DNA of 64,000 nt from Candidatus Multivoradales bacterium. Lineage in GTDB: Bacteria > Acidobacteriota > Thermoanaerobaculia > Multivoradales > JAHEKO01. A model generated the notes under the pieces. That model did no database searches and was not told the DNA's origin. It saw only the letters and a list, made by a program, of their open reading frames with translations. Each line of letters starts with the position of its first letter. The first letter of the stretch is position 1. Of the stretch, positions 50,714 to 58,738 are shown one piece after another. The stretch is taken from contig CBDFIJ010000004.1 of the NCBI GenBank assembly GCA_965248055.1, positions 2,272,001 through 2,336,000 of the forward strand, read 5' to 3'. The position numbers and the translations under genes are program-made.

Positions 50714-50875
50714 ATGGAACCCTACGAATATGAATACCGGGAGCACCTACGGGCATGCTACCCGGATCTTCCAGACGATGAGATTGAAGAGGTGGTTGAT
50801 CGCCTCGATCGGTATCTCAGAGTCATGATGCAAATAGCACAACGGGAACGCGACCAGAACTCTGGCGGGGGATAA
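50714..50875 (+). CDS. Small protein, paralog of 54661-54843
   Basis: YPDLPDDEIEEVVDRLDRYLRVM resembles YPDATERQLEKAERRLESYLRVM. Confidence 0.6.
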   Translation: MEPYEYEYREHLRACYPDLPDDEIEEVVDRLDRYLRVMMQIAQRERDQNSGGG

Positions 50876-51074
50876 TCACAAACCCGACAACCGGGAACAG
50901 ATGCGCGGCCATGTCAATTGAACGTTGTCGTTCAGAGGTCTACGATGAAGCTACAGAACTTTGTGGGGCGTTCCCAGATGCTACTTTTGAGCAACTTATA
51001 GGAAGCCTATTGGCGTTTCAGTGTCTACATGAAGTTCCTGGTCGACAGTCATCCTAGTGAAAGAATAGAGAATA

Positions 51075-52994
51075 ATGACAATCCAATGGACCAATGAACA
51101 ACAGCGTATCTTGCAACGAGACCGGAACGATGGTTGTGCTCGAATCCTTGCCGGACCAGGCACGGGTAAGAGTGCAACGATCGTTGAATGGATCGGTCGT
51201 ATCTTGCAGGAGCCAGATCCACCAAGAGTCAGGTTGCTGACCTTCACAAGAGCCGCGACCGGTGAACTTGCCGCTAAGGTAGCGCAGCACCAAGCGACAG
51301 AAGCACTCCAGCCGAGCACGATCCACTCGTTCGCGATCTCGATACTCTTGGCGAACCCGGGTGTGGGTGAACTTCCAACACCTCTGAGAATCGCTGACGG
51401 GTGGGAAGAGAGAAACTTGATATTCCCATCTCTGTCCCGAAGAGTCGGCACCACCGCGACTAGTATCAAACGCCTGTTTCAGGAGCTTGCCGCAAACTGG
51501 GAGTCTCTTGAGGAAGAAACGGAGGATGAGAGAGTTAATCGAGACGTACGCCTCAAGTTTCAAGGCGCGTGGCAGGAGCATCGTCGGATCTATGGATATA
51601 CCCTCCTGGCTGAGCTTCCATGGGCACTTCGTCGAGCATTGCTAAACCACACAGATCTGGAAGGCACTGACTTTGATGTTCTCGTCGTTGACGAATATCA
51701 AGACCTCAATGCATGCGACCTAGAAGTGATCAGATTGATTCGCTCTCGGGGCACATCGATCATCGGTGTTGGAGATGATGATCAATCGATCTACTCCTTT
51801 CGAAAGGCTGCCCCGGAGGGGATTCGGCGATTTCAAACAGACTACCCCGGCGCCGACGATTTGCCACTGTCGGTCACACATCGTTGTGGTTCAACGATTA
51901 TCGAATGGGCAGATCACGTTATTTCTCAGGATCCGGATCGACCAGCGGACAAAAGGCCCCCGCAACCAGCTCAAGGCTCTCCACAAGGAGAAGCCGCGCT
52001 CCTAGCGTTCGGTGGTCACGCAGCAGAACCCAAGGGAATTGCAAAGCTGGCGCATCATCTGACCCACGATGAGGGACTAGATGCTTCCGAGATTCTCGTG
52101 TTACTTAAGAGCGACCCGAATGGCCGGTTTAGTAGTCCGATACAGCATGAACTTGATGCTCTGAACGTGCCATGAACTGATCCTGGAGCAACGGACCGTT
52201 TGCTCGATGATCCGGAGAATCAGCGATTGCTCGCGCACTTCAAGCTGGCATGCAATCCCCATGACTCACTTGCCTGGGCATCGCTACTGCACTCGACGAC
52301 TGGCGTAGGATCGACGTTTATCGACACAGTCTATGAATCTGCGCGAGAGGCAGGTACCACCTTTGGCGAAGCACTCTTGGCGGCAAGAGAGTCTGGGTTC
52401 GCAGATTTCACGATCAGAGTACCGTCCGGAACCACTCGACCGGTGGACGAGACTCGGGGCTGGCTTACAGAACTGGATCTGCCACTCGAGATGCCCGAAG
52501 AAGGTTGGGGCCGCTGGATGGTGTCTGTAGTTGGAGAAACTGATCACCTGGATATTTCCGACGAATTAGAGGCTCTTTTGTGCTCGGTGGATGAGAACAT
52601 CCGCGAGTGCGATCTGGCTGGCTATCTAGGTCAGTTACGACCTCTCTCGAAGGATCAGGCACAAGCGAAGAGTGCTGGGGTCAGAATCATGACGATGGCC
52701 GCCTCGAAGGGTTTAACTGTAACGGCTGCAATCGTTACGGCTTGTGAGGAGGGGATCACTCCGAGCTACAGGCCGGGCGTGGACATCAACGAGGAACGAC
52801 GACTTCTTTATGTAGCGATGACTCGGGCCAAGAAGTACCTCTACTGCACTTGGGCCCAGCGGCGCACAGGCCCAACGGCACGATCTGGGGCTTCACGAGT
52901 CCAAAATCTGAGGAATCCATCCAGCTTCTTTGATGGTGGGCCGATTCAAAACCAGGATGGCTTGAAGTTCATTGCTAGGCGATGGTTATCGTAA
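51075..52994 (+). pseudogene. UvrD/Rep (SF1A) helicase split by one in-frame TGA at 52173-52175
   Basis: AGPGTGKS, LTFTRAA, STIHSFA, VDEYQD, VGDDDQSIYSFR; after the stop, in the same frame, MTMAASKGL and EERRLLYVAMTRAK. Confidence 0.85.
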
Positions 52995-53137
52995 CGAAGT
53001 ACAGGTGATCTTAGTTCGTGGCACCGTCTAAACAACACTTGCCGGCTGGCAGACTCTGCTTCTTTAAGGAACGCAAGAGTTGGCCTTTGCAGCTGGAACT
53101 TGACCCTGAGCAATGTTCCACTTGCCTTAGCGGCAAA

Positions 53138-54646
53138 TCACGACGTCTTGCCCTTTGGCCAGATTGTCTGCAGGATATTGTTGAGAGCACGTTTTGTTCG
53201 AGCCGTGTTCTGGTCAGAGCACACAGACTGAAAATCATCCGGCTTTCGCATTTCCGAGAAGGGAAAGCGTAGCTCAACGGACACGTTTCCGTTCTCAGCG
53301 AGTCGGTTCGAACTCACCGTTTCGACGAGAACGCGCTTTTCCGTGTCAGTTGCCCGTCCAAAGCTCTGTTGAGCCGTTGCCGCCAGTTCGAGTGTTTTCG
53401 TAGCCAAGTCGTACAGCGCCTCAGGATTGGCCTGTAGCTTGTCTCGACGCTCGGTAGTAGCACGTGCTTCGGTGAGTAGTTCTTCCTTGGTCTCGCGGTA
53501 CTGCGTTTGATCGAGGTCACCGTCAAGATACGCGATGGTGAGTCGTTTGAGACGGCTTTCGATGAGACCGCTCTGGCGTTCAAGGTCGCTAGTGTCGTTC
53601 TTGGCTCTTGTTTCCGCCGTTTCTTTGCCTTCGTCGAGCTTTTGCTTGAGGTAGGCGATTTCCTTGTCGTTGAACGAGATGGAACCGAGGGTGTCGGAAA
53701 CGGTCTCGGTCACCACGTCCTCGCGAACGGTTCTTCCGGGGCATGCTTTCTGGTGACAGCGATAGTAGACGCGGCCTTTCTGCAGCTCGCCGACCAGGAA
53801 CCGCTCGCAGTGTACGCACCGGAAAAGCCTGCGATAGACGTGCTGGCGACGGCTTGTCTGCTTGATGGCCTTTCCATTCATGACTCGCTGGACGTCGTCA
53901 AAGAGGCTCTGCGAAATCAGTGGTTCATGCTTGCCTGGGTACGTGTCTCCGGTTGCGCGCACCTTGATCGTTCCGGCGTAGAACGGGTTGTGCAGAATTT
54001 CGGCTAGGTATGGTTTGTAGACGCGCTTGCCGCCACCGGTTCGGAGGCCCTTCTCGCACATGACCGCGCTCAACGCATCGAGGCTGTATTCACCGGTCGC
54101 GTACAGCTCAAATGCTTCTTTGATCAATGGCCCGGTAACAGGGTCAATTGCCTTTGGCTTTCCGGCTCCCACGTTCTGGTACCCGAGTGGCGCGTTAAAG
54201 GGAAACAGCCCTTGCTTGAGCCGTCCACGATGACCTTTCTTGGTTTCATCGCGCAGATTACGGATGTAGTCGGCAGCAACGACGGCTTGGATGTCGGCAG
54301 CCAGTCTGCCACCTCGGGTTGAGAGATCGAGACTCTCGTGGGCAAAGTGGATGGCGCCTTGATCCATGAACTCGTTGAGGTCTGCCCAATCGCGCAGGTT
54401 GCGGGCGCTGCGATCAATCTTGTGGATGACGAGAGCCTCGACTTCCTTGGCGCGCAGGCGCTTGAGTACCTCACGGAATACGGGACGACCACGCTTGGCT
54501 GCTGTCTCCTTTTCCTCGAACCACTCGACGATCTGCATGTTGTGTTTTTCGGCGTAGCGTTCGATGGCAGAGCGTTGCTCTATGAGCGACACCCCCTCAC
54601 CTTGCTTTGCCGTGGATACGCGGATGTATCCAAAACACCGTTTCAT
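53138..54646 (-). CDS. Large serine recombinase (resolvase, recombinase, zinc-ribbon and coiled-coil domains)
   Basis: YIRVST catalytic Ser, KIDRSARN, APLGY, NPFYAG, CVHC...YYRC...C. Confidence 0.93.
   Translation of the reverse strand: MKRCFGYIRVSTAKQGEGVSLIEQRSAIERYAEKHNMQIVEWFEEKETAAKRGRPVFREVLKRLRAKEVEALVIHKIDRSARNLRDWADLNEFMDQGAIHFAHESLDLSTRGGRLAADIQAVVAADYIRNLRDETKKGHRGRLKQGLFPFNAPLGYQNVGAGKPKAIDPVTGPLIKEAFELYATGEYSLDALSAVMCEKGLRTGGGKRVYKPYLAEILHNPFYAGTIKVRATGDTYPGKHEPLISQSLFDDVQRVMNGKAIKQTSRRQHVYRRLFRCVHCERFLVGELQKGRVYYRCHQKACPGRTVREDVVTETVSDTLGSISFNDKEIAYLKQKLDEGKETAETRAKNDTSDLERQSGLIESRLKRLTIAYLDGDLDQTQYRETKEELLTEARATTERRDKLQANPEALYDLATKTLELAATAQQSFGRATDTEKRVLVETVSSNRLAENGNVSVELRFPFSEMRKPDDFQSVCSDQNTARTKRALNNILQTIWPKGKTS
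53204..53224. repeat. att-like direct repeat, copy 2 (inside the 3' end of the recombinase gene)
   Basis: Identical to 50541-50561. Confidence 0.75.
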
Positions 54647-54660
54647 AGCTTGTTTTTTAG

Positions 54661-54843
54661 TTACTGCTGGTAATTTCGACCACCGTCATCTTGCGCCTCG
54701 TCTCGGGCACCGTCAAGCTCCTCGTGCAGCATGCGTCTGGCGATGTTCGACATGACACGCAGGTAAGACTCCAGGCGTCGTTCGGCCTTTTCGAGCTGGC
54801 GCTCTGTCGCGTCAGGATAGAGATCTTTGATTGAGATGGTCAT
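54661..54843 (-). CDS. Small protein directly upstream of the serine recombinase
   Basis: 60-aa ORF; a paralog at 50714 supports that it is coding. Confidence 0.6.
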   Translation of the reverse strand: MTISIKDLYPDATERQLEKAERRLESYLRVMSNIARRMLHEELDGARDEAQDDGGRNYQQ

Positions 54844-54950
54844 GTCTCTAGCGTGACCCGTGGGAAGCTGGGTCGATAGGGGTCACGATTTGCCTCAGAG
54901 GCAAATGCTGGTGTCTTTGACAATTCACCTGCCACCGCTACCGTGCCAGC

Positions 54951-55280
54951 ATGGACAATCTCGAATCTGCAAGCGATCCCCGGGAAACTCGCGGACCTAC
55001 TCGGTCAAGAGATGCATTCTACGGCAGGGTATTTTTCGCGCTTAGAGACGAATACAAGCTCTCGTTTGCCACCTGCCTGCTCTCGGATGTGATTCACACG
55101 CTCTCGGTCAAAACCGGCTGGTGCTTTGCTTCCAAGGCATACCTTGCGAGCGTGTTCGGTGGATCAGAACGAAGCATCCAGCGCAGCGTCAGTGAGCTGG
55201 TGAAAACGGGTCTCGTTGAGCGCCACAATCGTAAGTTACGAACCACACCACAGTGGCGTCGACTGACTGGTCGGACATAG
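54951..55280 (+). CDS. Winged-HTH protein (HTH_36 / replication-initiator N-terminal-like)
   Basis: GWCFASKAYLASVFGGSERSIQRSVSELVKTGLV. Confidence 0.7.
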   Translation: MDNLESASDPRETRGPTRSRDAFYGRVFFALRDEYKLSFATCLLSDVIHTLSVKTGWCFASKAYLASVFGGSERSIQRSVSELVKTGLVERHNRKLRTTPQWRRLTGRT

Positions 55281-55591
55281 CGGTTTGTTCGGAACGTGCT
55301 ATGGAAACCGTGGACGCTGCCCGCCCGAGCCCCCACCCTGCAAATCTCTGAGGAGATTTTCACAGCGCCCACCGTTCCCACAGCCATCGACGGCGGGGAT
55401 AGCGGGTGGATAACTTGGAAGAAGACGACAGGAATGTCGGGTGCTGCGACACGGAACACGCCCAAACCGCGCCAAATTTGGCGGGGTTATATAACAAGAT
55501 AAAGAAAAGATGATATTTGTCTGCACTTGCCCCGGGGGCACAATGTGACGTCTTGGGAGTTGATGATCTCTCTGTAGGATGTAAAGCAGAT

Positions 55592-55951
55592 ATGCATAGT
55601 TCTTTACACAACTACATATGCACGGAGCGAAGGCGGGTCGAGCTTTCGCAAGGTGATCTGGGGTTTCTTGCGAACCTCAAAGGTTCGACTGTCTCACGCC
55701 ATGAGTGCTTCAAAAAGGCACCGACGCTTGAAACGGCCCTTCGCTACGCAGTCATCTTCGACACTGACCTTCGCGGTCTTTTTGCCGGTCTCTTCGAGGA
55801 AGCTCAAAGAGAAGTCCAACAGCAAGCCCGGCGACTACAGAAAGACCGTGAGGCAAACAAAGAGGAATCGATCCACGCGCACCTTGCCGTGCTCGCAAAC
55901 GACACCGATGACGTGTACTACGTTGCCGAGCAAGACGATACCTGGCGATGA
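55592..55951 (+). CDS. XRE family HTH regulator
   Basis: NYICTERRRVELSQGDLGFL...VSRHE...PTLETAL. Confidence 0.75.
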   Translation: MHSSLHNYICTERRRVELSQGDLGFLANLKGSTVSRHECFKKAPTLETALRYAVIFDTDLRGLFAGLFEEAQREVQQQARRLQKDREANKEESIHAHLAVLANDTDDVYYVAEQDDTWR

Positions 55952-56421
55952 ATGAAGTAAGGCGAGTTCTTTCCGTTGAGGTCACCTATCGAGGTGTCTC
56001 GTTTGCGGTTCTCGAAGGACCAGAACGGCTTATCGACAGGGGATCCCGATTGGTCAGCGGCGACGTCTCGGCGTATCTTGCAAAGCTGAAAGTTTTACTC
56101 GACCACTACCGTCCAGACCTCGTCGCACTCGAAGACCCAGCGTGCTCACGGAAGCGAACCGAGGTTTGCGCACGCCTTGCCTGGACCGAGCAATTTGTCC
56201 GCGACCGAGGCCTAGAAGCACTTGCACTGTTTCGATCACGCACGGAAAAGTACGACCAAGCTCTCGCGGTAACACGATTGTTTCCCGAACTGTCTCGCAA
56301 ACTCCCTGCTCGGCCTCGACTCTGGGAGAGTGAGCCACGTGCTTTCGCAACCTTTGTTGCCGTCTACCGCGGTCTTGAGGCCTGGGCTGTCGTTGAAGCT
56401 CGACGTAGCGCCCACGACTGA
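55948..56421 (+). CDS. RNase H/RuvC-like fold hypothetical protein
   Basis: RVLSVEVTYRGVSFAVLEG...YRPDLVALED. Confidence 0.5.
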   Translation: MNEVRRVLSVEVTYRGVSFAVLEGPERLIDRGSRLVSGDVSAYLAKLKVLLDHYRPDLVALEDPACSRKRTEVCARLAWTEQFVRDRGLEALALFRSRTEKYDQALAVTRLFPELSRKLPARPRLWESEPRAFATFVAVYRGLEAWAVVEARRSAHD

Positions 56422-56499
56422 CCCGTCACACCAACCCGTAACCCTAACCGTCGACCTTGCTGTCGTTCCGGTTAGATCAAACCCAAGAAAGGAGGTATT

Positions 56500-56958
56500 T
56501 TGAAAGAAGATCTATCCATTGCAACCCGGTACCGTATCGAGTTGGTCCGAGAAGGCACAAAGTCGTATGAGTCAGCATCGTGCTGTAATCATCCAGAACT
56601 CGTTGCTACGTTCTTGGTCGAATTGGTGCGACCCTTTGCCTACGAGGCGATGGGCGTCGTACTGCTCGACGCAAGGCACCGCGCCATCGGTCACGTCATC
56701 GCCTACCAGGGCACGCTCTCGCGTGCGGCGGTCGAGCCACGAGGATTGCTCGTGCCGGCGCTACTCGCAAACGCCGCAAGCATCGTCGCCTTCCACAATC
56801 ATCCCAGTGGTGACACCCGCCCGAGTGCCGAGGACCAGGCATTCACCGAGCGCCTCAAGAGTGCCGGTGAGGTTGTCGGTGTCCAACTCGTCGACCATCT
56901 GATTCTTTCAGGCCGCGACGAGAAGTGGCTGTCGTTCAAAGAACGCGGCCTGCTCTAA
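56500..56958 (+). CDS. RadC-like JAB domain protein
   Basis: E..GVVLLD, HNHPSGDTRPSAED, LVDHLI. Confidence 0.92.
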   Translation: MKEDLSIATRYRIELVREGTKSYESASCCNHPELVATFLVELVRPFAYEAMGVVLLDARHRAIGHVIAYQGTLSRAAVEPRGLLVPALLANAASIVAFHNHPSGDTRPSAEDQAFTERLKSAGEVVGVQLVDHLILSGRDEKWLSFKERGLL

Positions 56959-57001
56959 TCCACGAAACCCTTCCACAACCGAACGAAAAGGAGGTTTCCC
57001 C

Positions 57002-57307
57002 ATGGGAGACACAGAGAAGACGTGTACCAAGACCAGCCCACTGTTTCCACTCGGTCGTGTCGTCGCAACCCCTGGAGCGCTTGAAGCGCTTGAGGACGCG
57101 GGGCAACTTGCATCGATCTTTCTGGACCGCCACGTCAGTGGTGAGTGGGGAGAAGTCGAGGACGAAGACGCACAGGAAAACGACCTTTCCGTATGTGAAG
57201 GGTTTCGAATTCTCTCCGCATACCGGACCGAGCGAGGCGCAAAGCTCTTGGTCATCACCGAAGCTGATCGCTCATCAACATGCATACTCCTTCCCGAGGA
57301 GCATTAG
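57002..57307 (+). CDS. Conserved mobile-element hypothetical protein
   Basis: LFPLGRVVATPGA, RHVSGEWG, ITEADRSSTCILLPEE; AGGAGG RBS. Confidence 0.75.
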   Translation: MGDTEKTCTKTSPLFPLGRVVATPGALEALEDAGQLASIFLDRHVSGEWGEVEDEDAQENDLSVCEGFRILSAYRTERGAKLLVITEADRSSTCILLPEEH

Positions 57308-57399
57308 TTCTTTTCGCCCCCGACTTAGGTTCGGGGGCTTTCCTTAACGGCAGATGGCGCAGTCTTGGCGCTTGGAGCGCCACACTCCAAGATGAGATT

Positions 57400-58548
57400 A
57401 TGGAAAACAACGTCACCTACATCGGGTATGCCAATGCCAGGGCCAAGCTGCGGCGGTTCGGGATACGAGAGTGGGATCGCTTCTCGCACATCCATATCCT
57501 CGGCAAGACCGGCACCGGCAAGTCGACCATGCTCGGACAGATGGCCACGCAAGACGCGATCCGTGGTGACGCGTCCGTTGTTTTGATCGACCCACATGGC
57601 GATTTAGCGCGACGGGTGCGAGATTCCCTTGCCCAACAGGGAGTTCCCAGTGACCGGGTACGCTACCTTGCCGCCGACAATCCCGACTTTTCCTTCAACC
57701 CACTGAAAGGCGTTTCCCGGTCTCACGCGCCACTTTCCATCGCAGCGCTGGTGTCAGTCTTTTCCCGTCAATGGGAAGACTCGTGGGGGCCACGAGTTGA
57801 GCATGTCTTGCGCAATGCCATCGGTGCTTTGCTCGCAGCCCAGGATGCAACCATCGCCGACATTCCTCGCCTGCTACGCGACCGATCGTTTCAACGTCGG
57901 TGCCTGTCACAGGTTCGAAGTCCAAGCCTTGAGGAGTTCTTCTACCGTGAATGGCCGAGCTACTCGCTTGGCTTTAGAAGTTCCATTGCCGCGCCGTTCT
58001 TGAATAAAATCGGGGCGTACGTCTCTGATGAACGCCTTCGTTCAATACTGACTGGCAACAACCGCCCCCTGCGTCTTGGAAGGGCGATGCAACAAAAACA
58101 GATCGTGCTGGTTGATCTGGCAAAAGGAACACTGGGACCAGGACCCGCCTATCTACTCGGTTCACTCTTGCTCGCCTACGTTGCGCTCGCTGGGCTCGCC
58201 CGAACTGACAGCCACCCCGTGTTTGTCTACGTGGATGAGCTGGGGAGCGTTGCCAGCAGTTTTGTCGGCTCAATGCTTGAGGAACTGCGTAAGCGAAAAA
58301 TCGGGTTGACGTTGGGGCACCAGCACCTTTCGCAATTGGGATCGGAACTTGCCGATACCATCATCGGAAACGCCGGAACCAGAATCGCGTTTCGGCTCGG
58401 CAGCCGCGATGCTGCAGTCATGACCCGCGAATTCGCCCCCGCGTTGGCACCCGAAGACTTTCTGAACTTGCCGAACTATGCGTTCTACATTCGGCTGTTG
58501 ATTGACGGGGAACCGAGCCGGGCGTTTAGCGGTGAGACGAGATTGTAG
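57400..58548 (+). CDS. VirD4/TraD-like (type IV coupling protein family) ATPase
   Basis: GKTGTGKST, LIDPHGD, YVDE, LRKRKIGLTLGHQ, IIGNAGT.IAFR. Confidence 0.85.
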   Translation: MENNVTYIGYANARAKLRRFGIREWDRFSHIHILGKTGTGKSTMLGQMATQDAIRGDASVVLIDPHGDLARRVRDSLAQQGVPSDRVRYLAADNPDFSFNPLKGVSRSHAPLSIAALVSVFSRQWEDSWGPRVEHVLRNAIGALLAAQDATIADIPRLLRDRSFQRRCLSQVRSPSLEEFFYREWPSYSLGFRSSIAAPFLNKIGAYVSDERLRSILTGNNRPLRLGRAMQQKQIVLVDLAKGTLGPGPAYLLGSLLLAYVALAGLARTDSHPVFVYVDELGSVASSFVGSMLEELRKRKIGLTLGHQHLSQLGSELADTIIGNAGTRIAFRLGSRDAAVMTREFAPALAPEDFLNLPNYAFYIRLLIDGEPSRAFSGETRL

Positions 58549-58738
58549 CGGTCTCCCCTGAACTCTAGATTTCGTCTTGTTTGGAATCGTTGACCTGTCC
58601 AATGATCGAAGTCCACTTCTCTGATCTCTCGGCCCTTCACGACCATGCTGTACGGTAAGCAAGAGCAACGGTTCGAGACCTGCTCTACTCTCAAGGTAAC
58701 TCGAAGGAGTGCGCGGCGAGATATGACGCGAGGGAAAG

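Noticed and set aside
51075-52994. Gabija system
   Set aside because: No adjacent OLD/TOPRIM nuclease (GajA) gene.
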